DNA of 64,000 nt, taken from assembly GCA_049511615.1 (NCBI GenBank), contig JBEKXW010000006.1, forward strand, positions 5,672-69,671, given 5' to 3'. Position numbers and translations under genes: made by a program. The stretch is from Candidatus Dormibacteria bacterium (lineage in GTDB: Bacteria > Chloroflexota > Dormibacteria > Aeolococcales > Aeolococcaceae). Position 1 is the stretch's first letter. Each line of letters begins with the position of its first letter. Under the pieces are notes generated by a model. That model was not told the DNA's origin. It made no database searches and was given only the letters and a program-made list of their open reading frames with translations. Positions 20,623 to 30,454 of the stretch are shown one piece after another.

Positions 20623-21108
20623 TCAGCTCGCCTTGTACCCGAAGCGGCGGAGCATGGCCTTGCGCTCGGCGATCTCCGCCTCGTTCTCGATCTCCCGGCT
20701 GCGCGCCCCGTCGACGACCCCGAGGATGGCCCGGCCGTGCCCGGTCGCGGCGACGATGACCTCCACCTCGTTGGCGGTGGCGCAGTAGATGCCGCACACC
20801 TCCTGGACCGACCGCACCGCCGGGAGCACGTTGATGGGGAAGGCGTTGCGGAGCAGGATCAGGAAGGCGTGGCCGGCGCCCAGCTCCAGCATCTCCCGCC
20901 GGGCCAGGTCGGTCAGCTGCTCGTCGGTGCCGCTCCAGCGGACCAGCGCCGGCCCCGACGCCTCGCAGAAGGCGAGCCCAAACTTGATGTCGGGGACGGC
21001 CCCGACGAGGGCCTCGTGGAGGTCCTCCACGGTCTTGATGAAGTGGCTCTGGCCGAGGATGAGGTTGACCTCGTCCGGTTTGTGGATGGTGACCGATGTG
21101 AGGTCCAT
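20623..21108 (-). CDS. adenosine-specific kinase family protein (PF04008-like)
   Basis: MDLTSVTIHKPDEVNLILGQSHFIKTVEDL…AGHAFLILLRNAFPINVL…VCGIYCATAN resembles the PF04008 consensus. Confidence 0.6.
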   Translation of the reverse strand: MDLTSVTIHKPDEVNLILGQSHFIKTVEDLHEALVGAVPDIKFGLAFCEASGPALVRWSGTDEQLTDLARREMLELGAGHAFLILLRNAFPINVLPAVRSVQEVCGIYCATANEVEVIVAATGHGRAILGVVDGARSREIENEAEIAERKAMLRRFGYKAS

Positions 21109-21307
21109 GGACGGCTCCTGGCATCTGGTTGGGAACGGGCTGGCGGCAGGGTAGCGCCGTGACGCCCCCGGGCATCGGCGGGGAGCGGGGTCACCGCCGG
21201 GTCGGAAGGGAAGCGCAAGGATCGTGGGGAGACAATGCGTCAGGGGACGGCTCCGCGCCCGCCCGGGCCCACCCGACCGTAGCGGGGCGCCCCCGGCGTC
21301 CGTTCTC

Positions 21308-22183
21308 ATGAGCAGAGTGCTGGACACACCGACGGTCGGACCGGAGAGGGCCGCGGATCATCCCCGGACCGACGGGACCACCCCGGGCGCAAAGGCCGTG
21401 CCCGAGGCCGGGGTGGCCGCGCCGCCACTCCCGGGACACCCGCCTGCCGAGCCGGAGGGGTCGGTTCCGGCGCCACGCCGACCCCGCCGGGGAGGCTGGC
21501 CTCGACCCCTGCTCCCGGCCCTCCTGATCGTCGTGCTCCTCCCCTGCACGTTCCTGGCCGGAGTCGAGCTGGCCACCCCGCCGGTGGCCGGCGCCCCCGC
21601 CCTGGTGGCGGCCGTCGACCGCGACCACCACACCGTGCCGATCCCGGCCGACCCCTCCTGGCGGGTCTCCCAGGCCATCGTCGCCGCCGAGGACGCGGGC
21701 TTCTACGGCAACCCCGGGATCGATGTGACCGGGCTCGTCCGCGCGGCCTGGGGATGGGTCACCGGGGTGGACGAGGGCGGCAGCACCATCACCGAGCAGC
21801 TCGCCAAGGTGATCTACACCGGGGGGCGGACCGGGATCACCGACCGGGTCGCCCAGGTCGCGCTCGCCCTCAAGCTCAACGGCCACTACACCAAGCCGGC
21901 CATCCTCAGCATGTACCTGAGCGCGATCTACTTCGGCAACGGCTACTACGGGGTGCTCGCCGCCAGCGAGGGGTACTTCGGGCTTCTCCCCGCCCAGCTG
22001 AGCTGGGCGCAAGCCTCGCTGCTCGCCGGGCTCCCCCAGGCGCCCAGCCTGCTCGACCCCCTCCACAACCTGGCGCTCGCCCGGGAGCGGCAGTCCTACG
22101 TCCTCGACCGCCTGGTCGCGACCGGGGCGCTGACCCGCGCCGCGGCCGCCGCGGCGGCTGCCGCGCCGCTCGGTCTCCGCTGA
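21308..22183 (+). CDS. monofunctional peptidoglycan transglycosylase (GT51 domain)
   Basis: AIVAAED..FY.N.GID, STITEQLAK, YLS.IYFG.G.YGV. Confidence 0.75.
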   Translation: MSRVLDTPTVGPERAADHPRTDGTTPGAKAVPEAGVAAPPLPGHPPAEPEGSVPAPRRPRRGGWPRPLLPALLIVVLLPCTFLAGVELATPPVAGAPALVAAVDRDHHTVPIPADPSWRVSQAIVAAEDAGFYGNPGIDVTGLVRAAWGWVTGVDEGGSTITEQLAKVIYTGGRTGITDRVAQVALALKLNGHYTKPAILSMYLSAIYFGNGYYGVLAASEGYFGLLPAQLSWAQASLLAGLPQAPSLLDPLHNLALARERQSYVLDRLVATGALTRAAAAAAAAAPLGLR

Positions 22184-22333
22184 CGCCACCAGCGCGATGG
22201 CGGCTCCGGGCGCCCACCCGCCCTCCGAGCCGGGCCCGGAAAGGGCGAATCGGTGCCGTCCACCCGCCCGCACCCAATGCATAGAATTCGCAGCGTCCCC
22301 GCCACGCGGCTGCCACCCCGAAGGAGACCCCCG

Positions 22334-23374
22334 ATGAGCGTGTTCCGGCGCTTCAGCAACATCGTCCAGCAGAAGTCGAACGCCGCCCTGGACAAGATGG
22401 AGGATCCCTCCCAGGCGATCGACCTCTCCTATCAGCAGCTCCTGGAGCAGCAGCAGAAGCTGCGGACCGCCCTGGTCGAGGCCACCACCGGCCAGAAGCG
22501 CGTCGAGAACCAGGCCAAGACGATGGACACCCGGATCGCCCAGCTGAACGACGCCGCCCAGAAGGCGGTCGCTGCGGGCAAGGACGATCTCGCGACCCAG
22601 GCGCTGACCCAGGCCGAGGTGCTCACCCAGCAGCGCCAGGCCCTCGACCCCCAGATCGCGACGCTCAAGGCCCAGGTCGAGAAGCTGCAGGTGGCGCTCC
22701 AGAAGTACCAGGCCAAGGTGCAGTCGTTCGCGACCCAGCGGGAATCGCTCAAGGCCTCGTACGAGGCCGCCAAGGCGACCAGCACCGCCGGGGACACCCT
22801 GGCGGGCATCGGCGAGCACACGAGCGACGCGGCGATGATGATGCAGCGCGCCCAGGACAAGATCGCCCGCACCCAGGCCCACGCCGACGCCGTCGACGCC
22901 CTGCTGGAGAGCGGCACCCTCGACACCCCGCTCCTCACCGGTGGCTCCAGCACCCTGGAGGACCAGATCAGCGCCACCGTGGTGGACAGCAGCGTGCAGG
23001 CCAAGCTGGCCGCCATGAAGCAGCAGGCCGCGCTGCCCGCGCCGGCCGCGCCGGCCCCCCCGGCGCTGAGCGCGCAGGGGATCGTAGTTCGCATCCACGG
23101 CGACGACCAGTACCGGCTGGACGCGTCCCTCCGTCCCGACCTGGACACCTACGACCGGCGCCTGGTCGCCGCCGTCCAGGCCAACGACGACGCCGACTAT
23201 CACGCGGTGCTGCGCGACGTGACCGCCTTCGTCAAGGCCAAGGGCGTGGTGCTCGGCAGCGCCGACGTCACCCGGAGCGACATCATCCTGCCCAGCGACG
23301 ACATGGCCCTCGACGAGGTGACCGGGATCATGAACCAGGAGGGGCTCCAGCCGGCAGCCGGCTCGCCCGCCTAG
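22334..23374 (+). CDS. pspA: PspA/IM30 (Vipp1) family protein with a long C-terminal extension
   Basis: N-terminal MSVFRRFSNIVQQKSNAALDKMEDP… coiled coils are canonical PspA. Roughly 130 extra C-terminal residues. Confidence 0.75.
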   Translation: MSVFRRFSNIVQQKSNAALDKMEDPSQAIDLSYQQLLEQQQKLRTALVEATTGQKRVENQAKTMDTRIAQLNDAAQKAVAAGKDDLATQALTQAEVLTQQRQALDPQIATLKAQVEKLQVALQKYQAKVQSFATQRESLKASYEAAKATSTAGDTLAGIGEHTSDAAMMMQRAQDKIARTQAHADAVDALLESGTLDTPLLTGGSSTLEDQISATVVDSSVQAKLAAMKQQAALPAPAAPAPPALSAQGIVVRIHGDDQYRLDASLRPDLDTYDRRLVAAVQANDDADYHAVLRDVTAFVKAKGVVLGSADVTRSDIILPSDDMALDEVTGIMNQEGLQPAAGSPA

Positions 23375-23392
23375 CCGCTCCCGATCACGCCG

Positions 23393-24988
23393 ATGACCGG
23401 AGGTCCGGTGACGGCGCCCGAACCGCTGGTGCTGGTGGTTCCCAACTTCAGCGAGGGTCGCCGCGTCGAGGTGATGGACGCCATCGTGGCAGCGATGACG
23501 GCCGTCCCCGGGGCCACCCTGCTGAACCGCCAGTCGGACCCGGATCACAACCGGCTCGACACCACCCTGATCGGCTCTCCCGCGGCGGTCCGGGCCGCCG
23601 CCCTGGCCGGAGCCGCCCGGGCGGTCGAGCTGATCGACATGGACCAGCACCAGGGCAGCCATCCCCGGATGGGGGCGGTGGACGTGATCCCCTTCATCCC
23701 CATCCGCGGCGTGACCATGGACGACTGCGTCGAGCTGGCCCGGGACGTCGCCCGCGAGCTCGCCGACTCCCTCTCGTTGCCGGTGTATCTGTACGAGCGC
23801 GCCGCCGTCACGCCCGACCGGGTCAACCTGGCCGACGTCCGGCGCGGCGAGTACGAAGGGCTCCGGGCGGACGTGGCCGAGGGCCGCCGCCCGCCCGACA
23901 TGGGCCCGCACCGTATCGGCAAAGCCGGGGCCACCGCGGTGGGAGCGCGACCACCGCTGGTCGCCTTCAACGTCTACCTGAGCGGGACCGACGCGCGGGC
24001 CGCCAAGGAGGTGGCCAAGCGGGTGCGCGAGCGCTCCGGCGGGCTGGTCCACGTCCGCGCCATCGGCTTCGCGGTCGCCGAGCGCGGCTGTGTCCAGGTC
24101 TCGATGAACCTCCTCGACCCGGTGGCGACGCCGCCGTATCGAGCCCTCGAGCTGGTCCGCCTGGAGGCCGCCCGCTTCGGCATGCAGGTTCTGGACACCG
24201 AGATCGTCGGTCTCATCCCCCTGGCGGCGCTCGCCGAGTCCGCGGCCCACTACCTGCAGCTCCGCGGCTTCGAGGCGGATGCCCAGGTGATCGAGACCCT
24301 GGTGGCGCAGCAGGGGAGCGGTGCCGGTGGCCCCGCCGCGGCCTCGGGCACCGGCTTCGGGGCGATGACGGTGGCGGGGTTCCTCGACGCCCTGGGATCG
24401 GCGCGGGCGACCCCCGGGGGCGGCGCGGCGGCGGCCGTGGCGGGGGCGGCCGGCGCGGCGCTGCTCGCCATGGTGGCCCGGCTCACCACCGGGCGGAAGG
24501 GCTACGAGGCCCTGACCGGGCGGATGGGCGAGGTGGCGGCGCTGGCCGGCGCGGAGAGCGGTGCCCTGCTCGCTCTCGCCGACCGGGACGCCGGCGCCTT
24601 CGACGCGGTGATGGCCGCCTACCGCCTCCCCCACCGCTCCGACGCGGAGCGGGCGACCCGTGGCGAGGCGGTGCAGGCCGCGCTCATCCAGGCGACGGAC
24701 GTGCCGCTGGAGATCGCCCGGCGGGCCGCGGATCTCCTCCCCGTCGCCCGCGAGCTGGTCGAGACCGGCAACGCCAACGCCGTCTCCGACGCCTACTCCG
24801 CCGGCCAGACGCTCCACGCCGCCGTGGCCGGCGGCCTCGCCAACGTGAGCATCAACCTGGCCGCGCGGACCGACACGGCCCGCATCGACGCGGTCCGCGA
24901 CGAGGCGGAGCGGGTGCGGGAGCGGGCGGCAGCGACGCTCGCCGACCTGGAGACCGCCTTCCGAGCACGCCTGACGGTCTCAACCTGA
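23393..24988 (+). CDS. ftcD: bifunctional glutamate formimidoyltransferase / formimidoyl-THF cyclodeaminase (FTCD)
   Basis: N-terminal FT domain (VPNFSEGR…HPRMGAVDV.PF.P) plus a C-terminal cyclodeaminase domain. Confidence 0.8.
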   Translation: MTGGPVTAPEPLVLVVPNFSEGRRVEVMDAIVAAMTAVPGATLLNRQSDPDHNRLDTTLIGSPAAVRAAALAGAARAVELIDMDQHQGSHPRMGAVDVIPFIPIRGVTMDDCVELARDVARELADSLSLPVYLYERAAVTPDRVNLADVRRGEYEGLRADVAEGRRPPDMGPHRIGKAGATAVGARPPLVAFNVYLSGTDARAAKEVAKRVRERSGGLVHVRAIGFAVAERGCVQVSMNLLDPVATPPYRALELVRLEAARFGMQVLDTEIVGLIPLAALAESAAHYLQLRGFEADAQVIETLVAQQGSGAGGPAAASGTGFGAMTVAGFLDALGSARATPGGGAAAAVAGAAGAALLAMVARLTTGRKGYEALTGRMGEVAALAGAESGALLALADRDAGAFDAVMAAYRLPHRSDAERATRGEAVQAALIQATDVPLEIARRAADLLPVARELVETGNANAVSDAYSAGQTLHAAVAGGLANVSINLAARTDTARIDAVRDEAERVRERAAATLADLETAFRARLTVST

Positions 24989-25049
24989 CCGGCAGCACCC
25001 CGGAACGCACGCTCGCTCCCGGATCCGGAACCGGCCGCAGGCTCCCGGC

Positions 25050-26723
25050 TCAGCCTTCCAGCTCGCGCATGGGAAGCCGGAGTCCCTTGGCGGCGGCAAC
25101 CCGCTCCGCCTCCGGGTAGCCGGCGTCGGCGTGGCGCACCACCCCGCTGCCCGGGTCGTTGGTCAGCACCCGCTCGAGCTTCCGCGCGGCGAGAGCCGAC
25201 CCGTCCGCGACGGTCACCTGCCCGGCGTGGATCGAGCGGCCGATGCCGACGCCGCCGCCGTGGTGGATCGACACCCACGACGCCCCCGAGGCGGTGTTGA
25301 GCAGGGCGTTGAGGAGCGGCCAGTCGGCGATGGCGTCCGAACCGTCGCGCATCCCCTCGGTCTCGCGGTACGGTGACGCGACCGAGCCGGCGTCGAGGTG
25401 GTCCCGGCCGATGACGATGGGCGCCTGGAGGTCCCCGCGCGCCACCATCTCGTTGAAGCGCAGACCGAGCCGGTCGCGCTCGCCGTAGCCGAGCCAGCAG
25501 ATCCGGGCGGGCAGGCCCTGGAACCTCACCCTCTGACCGGCCATGCGGATCCAGCGACCGAGCGCCGCGTTGTCCGGGAACTCGTCGAGCACGGCCTGGT
25601 CGGTGGCGGCGATGTCGGCGGGGTCGCCGGAGAGCGCGACCCAGCGGAACGGCCCCTTGCCCTCGCAGAAGAGCGGCCGGACGTAGGCGGGGACGAAGCC
25701 CGGGAAGTCGAAGGCCCGGGCGCAGCCGCCCAGCTTGGCCTCGGCGCGGATGGAGTTGCCGTAGTCGAAGACCTCGGCGCCGCGGTCGAGGAAGCCGAGC
25801 ATGGCGTCGACGTGGGCGGCCATCGACTCGCGGGCACGCGCGATCAGCCCGGCCGGGTCCCGGGCCCGCAGCTCGGGCATCTCCTCCGCGCTGACCCCGC
25901 GGGGCACGTACATGAGCGGGTCGTGCGCCGACGTCTGGTCGGTCACGACGTCGATCTCGGCGCCGCTGGCCAGCAGCTCCGGCACCACCTCCGCCGCGTT
26001 GCCGACGATGGCGATGGAGCGGGGCTCACGGCGCCGCTTCGCCTCCAGCGCCCGGTCCAGGGCGTCGTCCACGGAGTCGGCGACGACGTCGAGGTAGCCG
26101 GTCTCCAATCGACGCTGGATGCGCGACGGGTCAACCTCGACGCAGAGGGCCACCCCCTCGTTCATGGTCACCGCCAGCGGCTGGGCCCCGCCCATGCCCC
26201 CCAGCCCGGCGGTGAGGGTGATGGTGCCCGCCAGGGTCCCCCCGAAGCGCTTCGCGGCCACCGCCGCGAAGGTCTCGTAGGTCCCCTGGAGGATGCCCTG
26301 GGTCCCGATGTAGATCCAGGACCCCGCCGTCATCTGGCCGTACATGGTGAGTCCGAGGGCGTCCAGGCGGCGGAACTCGTCCCAGGTCGCCCATTCGGGG
26401 ACCAGGTTGGCGTTGGCGATCAGCACCCGGGGCGCCCACTCGTGGGTGCGGAAGATACCGACCGGCTTGCCCGACTGCACCAGCAGGGTCTCGTCGTTCT
26501 CGAGATCCCGGAGACTGGCCACGATGGCGTCGAAGGCCGCCCAGCTGCGCGCCGCCTTGCCGCCGCCCCCGTAGACGATGAGCTGGTCGGGATGCTCGGC
26601 GATCTCGGGGTCGACGTTGTTCATCAGCATCCGCATCGCCGCCTCCTGCGGCCATGCCTTGCAGGAGAGCTGCGTGCCGCGCGGGGCATGCACGATGCGA
26701 GGTCCGTGGGCCGGCGCCGCCAT
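25050..26723 (-). CDS. hutU: urocanate hydratase
   Basis: Strong match across the length (…[13 protein letters not shown]…[15 protein letters not shown]…). Start chosen at MAAPAHG within the longer ORF. Confidence 0.85.
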   Translation of the reverse strand: MAAPAHGPRIVHAPRGTQLSCKAWPQEAAMRMLMNNVDPEIAEHPDQLIVYGGGGKAARSWAAFDAIVASLRDLENDETLLVQSGKPVGIFRTHEWAPRVLIANANLVPEWATWDEFRRLDALGLTMYGQMTAGSWIYIGTQGILQGTYETFAAVAAKRFGGTLAGTITLTAGLGGMGGAQPLAVTMNEGVALCVEVDPSRIQRRLETGYLDVVADSVDDALDRALEAKRRREPRSIAIVGNAAEVVPELLASGAEIDVVTDQTSAHDPLMYVPRGVSAEEMPELRARDPAGLIARARESMAAHVDAMLGFLDRGAEVFDYGNSIRAEAKLGGCARAFDFPGFVPAYVRPLFCEGKGPFRWVALSGDPADIAATDQAVLDEFPDNAALGRWIRMAGQRVRFQGLPARICWLGYGERDRLGLRFNEMVARGDLQAPIVIGRDHLDAGSVASPYRETEGMRDGSDAIADWPLLNALLNTASGASWVSIHHGGGVGIGRSIHAGQVTVADGSALAARKLERVLTNDPGSGVVRHADAGYPEAERVAAAKGLRLPMRELEG

Positions 26724-26728
26724 CCCGG

Positions 26729-27580
26729 TCAGCCCTCGGCTCCGGCCTCCGGGGCGGGCGCCGCGTCGGTGACCGGCGCCGGCTCGTCGTCGAGGCTCAC
26801 CGCCATCTCGGGTCCCAACCGCTGATGCGCGGCGGCCGCCAGCCGCACCGAGGTCCCGATCGCCAGGAACTCGATGACGTGGCTGCCCCAGATGTGCGAC
26901 TTCTGCTCGATGCGCATGGCCACGATCCCCTGCGCCCGCGCCCGCACCGCCTCGTCCTGCATCCGGGTCATGGCCAGCTCGCGCGCCTCGTAGAGGGCCG
27001 AGGTGTAGTTGCCGAGCTCGACGTTCTGGGTCTGCTGGCCCATCCACTGGCTGAGCCCCTGGTGGGCCACGTGGTAGACGCAGCAACCGAAGGCGAGACC
27101 GATGGGCTGGTAGCCGGCCCGGATCAGCAGGTAGAGGTCCTGCCCGGAGAGGTCGCTGACCCAGATCCCCCTCGACTTGACGTCGGGATTGGCAACCGCG
27201 GTGCCCATGGCCACGAACTCGGCGAGGGGGTGACCCCCCGAATGGATCTGCACCTCGAGCTTGAGTCCGACCACCCCCTGGCCACCCACCTGCTCGGCAT
27301 GCCGCTCCATGGCGGTGAGCGCCTCCTGGCGAGCCTGGTACATGGCCCGGGTCAGGTCGCCCATCTCCTGATTGGTGCTCCAGTTACCGTACTGGATGCC
27401 GATGTGATAGACGGCGCTTCCGACCACCAGCCCGCGCGGCTCGTAGCCGATCTCCTTGAGCAGCACCGCCTCGTCGACCGAGAGATCGCTGCTGAAGGCG
27501 CGACCCTGGTGGCGCTCCCCGCCCTTCCCGGCCAGGCAGGCGAGGGCGGCGTCGGCGCGCGGGTGGGGCATGACCGACAT
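26729..27580 (-). CDS. tandem two-domain YbjQ/DUF74 (putative heavy-metal-binding domain) protein, paralog A
   Basis: Two repeats of the YbjQ_1 pattern (SDLS…GY.P.GLV.G..VYH…AR..A..RM…A…GA.G.VG…….IEF.A.GTAV). Confidence 0.7.
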   Translation of the reverse strand: MSVMPHPRADAALACLAGKGGERHQGRAFSSDLSVDEAVLLKEIGYEPRGLVVGSAVYHIGIQYGNWSTNQEMGDLTRAMYQARQEALTAMERHAEQVGGQGVVGLKLEVQIHSGGHPLAEFVAMGTAVANPDVKSRGIWVSDLSGQDLYLLIRAGYQPIGLAFGCCVYHVAHQGLSQWMGQQTQNVELGNYTSALYEARELAMTRMQDEAVRARAQGIVAMRIEQKSHIWGSHVIEFLAIGTSVRLAAAAHQRLGPEMAVSLDDEPAPVTDAAPAPEAGAEG

Positions 27581-28521
27581 CAGCGCAGCCTCATGATCAG
27601 AAGCGGGGGCTCGTCGAGCGGCTCCTTGGCATAGCGCCGCACCGCGGTGCCGAGCAGGAAGAGCTCGATCAGCATCGACTCGCCGCCCAGCTCATAGGTG
27701 GCCAGGTCGGTCTCCACGCCGACGGCGCCGTCGGCGTCGACGGTGGCGACCTCGGCCTCGAGGTGGTTGATGCCGAGCATCCGGGCCTCCTCGATGCCAT
27801 CGCTGATCTGCTGGATGCGCGAGTTCGACCACGAGCGCAGCGCCCACTCGGTGCCGCAGCCGGGGTCGATCTCCAGCGCCCCAATGCCCATCACCAGGGC
27901 CACCGGGACGTAACCGCCGTGGAGCAGCTTGCTGAAGGCGACGCCGTCCAGGTGGGACATGAAGGGGGCGCGCAGCTGAGGACCGCCGCGGCGCCGGACG
28001 GCGGTGCCGATGCAGGTGAACTCCAGCGAGTTGCCGACGCCCTCCAGGTGCCGGCGGATGATGCGGACCCCGACCACGCCGTGGGCGTTCAGGCCGCGCG
28101 CCTCCTCGAGGATCCGGCGCAGGGCGAGGTTGCGGGTCTCGGTGATCCCGGCCTCGTAGTAGCGGTGCTCCCAGTTGAACCCGGTGCGGTGCTCGGTGCC
28201 GACTCCGTAGCCGTAGAAGCCGTGCGGGCACGGGTAGGTGCGCACCCTGCCTCCGCCGGTCGCCCCGCCCAAGCCGTAGACGGTGGTATACCCCCATTGG
28301 GCCGCGATCCGGCAGACGCTGGAACCCATGACCATGCCCACCGGCTCGAAGCCGGCATGCTGGATAGCCGCCATCTCGGCGACGGTGAGGTCACTGGTCC
28401 AGGCGGTCCTGCCCTCGCGCAGCTCCTCGATGCGCTCCTGAGCGGCGAGCGGCAGCCCTCCCCGCTCGAGGGCCGCGATGCTCGCCTGCTGGCGCTGCTG
28501 GGCGGCGGCCTGATCGCTCAT
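27580..28521 (-). CDS. tandem YbjQ/DUF74-domain protein, paralog B
   Basis: Same domain architecture. Its stop overlaps the start of A, and its start overlaps the stop of C. Confidence 0.7.
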   Translation of the reverse strand: MSDQAAAQQRQQASIAALERGGLPLAAQERIEELREGRTAWTSDLTVAEMAAIQHAGFEPVGMVMGSSVCRIAAQWGYTTVYGLGGATGGGRVRTYPCPHGFYGYGVGTEHRTGFNWEHRYYEAGITETRNLALRRILEEARGLNAHGVVGVRIIRRHLEGVGNSLEFTCIGTAVRRRGGPQLRAPFMSHLDGVAFSKLLHGGYVPVALVMGIGALEIDPGCGTEWALRSWSNSRIQQISDGIEEARMLGINHLEAEVATVDADGAVGVETDLATYELGGESMLIELFLLGTAVRRYAKEPLDEPPLLIMRLR

Positions 28522-29360
28522 CAGCGGTCCAGCGAGAGGACCATGCGCGGCGTGGCGATCTCGCGGTCGGGAAGCCTGCGCACCGCCGTCCCCATGGCGA
28601 AGAACTCGATGGTGTGGCTGCCCCAGACGTGCGACTTCTCCTGGATCTGCACCCCCACGATGCCCTCGGCGCCGACCTTCTTGGCCTCGTCCTGCATCCG
28701 CTCCATGGCCAGCTCGCGGGCCTCGTAGAGCGCCTGGGTGAAGTTGGGCATCTCCTTGTTCTGCCCGATGTTGCCCATCGCCTTGAACATCCCCTGGTGG
28801 GCGACGTGGTAGACGCAGGTGCCCATGACCAGCCCGAGCGGCGCGTGCCCGGCCTGGAGCAGGGTCCAGAAGTCCTGGCCGGAGAGGTCGGAGGTGAAGG
28901 GCTTGCCCTCCGGCGTCTTCCAGTTGCTGCCATCCTCGGCACTTACCGCCGTGCCCAAGGCGAGGAACTCGGCGGTGCCCCGGCCCCACTCGTAGAAGCC
29001 GACGTCGAGGCGGACCCCGACGACCCCGTCGGCGCCCAGCACCGCGGCCTCCTCCTCCATCCGGCTCATGGCCAGCTCGCGCGCCGCGTACATCGCCTGG
29101 GTCAGGGTCTGGACCTCACGGCTCGTGCTCCATCCCTTGGCGCTGAAGCCGATGTGGTAGATGCTGCTGCCCACCACCAGGCCGCGAGGGTGGAAGCCCG
29201 CTTCCTTGACCAGCAGGAACTCGTTGACCGAGAGGTCGCTGGTGAAGAGGGCGTCCTTGCCCTGCAGCTCGGCTAGACGGCGGAGTGCATCCTTGGGCAG
29301 TCCCTCGAGCGGCGCCGGGGGCGCTGCGACCGGCTGGGGGGAATCCTCCTGCTGGGTCAT
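28521..29360 (-). CDS. tandem YbjQ/DUF74-domain protein, paralog C
   Basis: Two YbjQ_1-like repeats. Start chosen at MTQQEDSPQ. Confidence 0.7.
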   Translation of the reverse strand: MTQQEDSPQPVAAPPAPLEGLPKDALRRLAELQGKDALFTSDLSVNEFLLVKEAGFHPRGLVVGSSIYHIGFSAKGWSTSREVQTLTQAMYAARELAMSRMEEEAAVLGADGVVGVRLDVGFYEWGRGTAEFLALGTAVSAEDGSNWKTPEGKPFTSDLSGQDFWTLLQAGHAPLGLVMGTCVYHVAHQGMFKAMGNIGQNKEMPNFTQALYEARELAMERMQDEAKKVGAEGIVGVQIQEKSHVWGSHTIEFFAMGTAVRRLPDREIATPRMVLSLDR

Positions 29361-29403
29361 GACGGACGCGCCTCCTGTGGGGATGGACGGCAATGCTGAG
29401 GGC

Positions 29404-29796
29404 TCAGGTGACCTCGGAGCGCAGCCCCGCCAGGGCCTCGGCGCTGACCTGAGCCTGGCTGCCCAGGACCTTGACCAGCGCTCGACGCCAGGCCTCGAAG
29501 CCCAGATCCTCGGAGCGGAGAACGATACCGCGGACCGAATGGGCGTGCCGGCACGCAACCGCACCACGGCTCAATTCGGCCTCGAAGACGTCCTCACCCG
29601 CCCGCACCGTGATCTTCTTGATCGGGTGCTCCTTCTTGAAGAGACCGCCTTCGCGCTGGACCTCGACGGAGCCGGGCACGGCGTCGAGGAGCTTGGAGCA
29701 GAAGACCTGGAAGAAGACGCCGATGTCCGCTGCGTCGAGATGAAGGGATGCGGTGATGGTGTCGAGATCGGGGTCCGGCGGGGTGGCGTCGGTCAT
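29404..29796 (-). CDS. hypothetical protein (130 aa), last gene of the YbjQ-paralog cluster
   Basis: Reads as a coherent non-Arg-rich ORF segment (MTDATPPDP…FKKEHPIKKITVRAGEDVFEAELSRG…) inside the artefactual 556-aa ORF. Confidence 0.45.
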   Translation of the reverse strand: MTDATPPDPDLDTITASLHLDAADIGVFFQVFCSKLLDAVPGSVEVQREGGLFKKEHPIKKITVRAGEDVFEAELSRGAVACRHAHSVRGIVLRSEDLGFEAWRRALVKVLGSQAQVSAEALAGLRSEVT

Positions 29797-30036
29797 CGAG
29801 GCTTCGAGTATACGAACGCCTCGGGGGGGGCGGGTGTCCAGCGCTCTAGGCCAGGCCTCCGGCGCGAAGCGGGCGGGCGTCGGGCGCTCACCGGCGGGCG
29901 TCCGGCGCTCGGAGTGCGTGGTGCGAGCGGGACGTCCGGCCTGGCTTCGGGATCGGAGGAAGCCGGGATAGGATGGGGCCAATCCCAGCATCCCGCGATG
30001 CCGACGGGGCCGATCCGGATCCAGGGGCGAGCCACC

Positions 30037-30441
30037 ATGGCGTTCACCGACTTCGAGCTCGAATACCTGCACTCCCAGCGGCTGGGGCGCCTGGCCACCC
30101 TGACTCCGCGTGGCACCCTCCAGAACAGCCCGGTCGGTTTCCAGGTCGACGAGGGCGCCGGCGTCATCGAGATCTGGGGAAGGGACATGGGCAACACCCG
30201 CAAGTTCCACAACGTGGCCGCCAACGGTGAGGTGGCCTTCGTGGTCGACGACCTGGCCTCGGTCACGCCCTGGGTGGTCCGCGGCATCGAGATCCGCGGC
30301 AGGGCCGAGGCCCTCACCGGCCAGACGCCGCCGAGCGGCTACTGGAGTGCCGAGGTGATCCGGATACGCCCCCGCCGGATCATCACCTGGGGCATCGGCC
30401 CCGGCCGAGCGCGCGCCTCCCGCGCGGTGGCGTCGGAGTAG
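30037..30441 (+). CDS. PPOX-class F420-dependent / pyridoxamine-5'-phosphate-oxidase-like split-barrel protein
   Basis: …QRLGRLATLTPRGTLQNSPVGF…VAFVVDD…. Confidence 0.65.
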   Translation: MAFTDFELEYLHSQRLGRLATLTPRGTLQNSPVGFQVDEGAGVIEIWGRDMGNTRKFHNVAANGEVAFVVDDLASVTPWVVRGIEIRGRAEALTGQTPPSGYWSAEVIRIRPRRIITWGIGPGRARASRAVASE

Positions 30442-30454
30442 GAGGACGGATCCG

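Noticed and set aside
21191-24817. 1208-aa minus-strand ORF, plus many other long Arg/Gly/Pro-rich ORFs (e.g. 9828..11636, 15034..16920, 17870..19453, 19273..20499, 46213..48396, 53638 upstream extensions)
   Set aside because: They are antisense to well-supported genes (pspA, ftcD, kor, DEAD helicase, dxs and others). Their composition is dominated by Arg/Gly/Pro/Ala, typical of stop-codon-poor frames in a >70%-GC genome.
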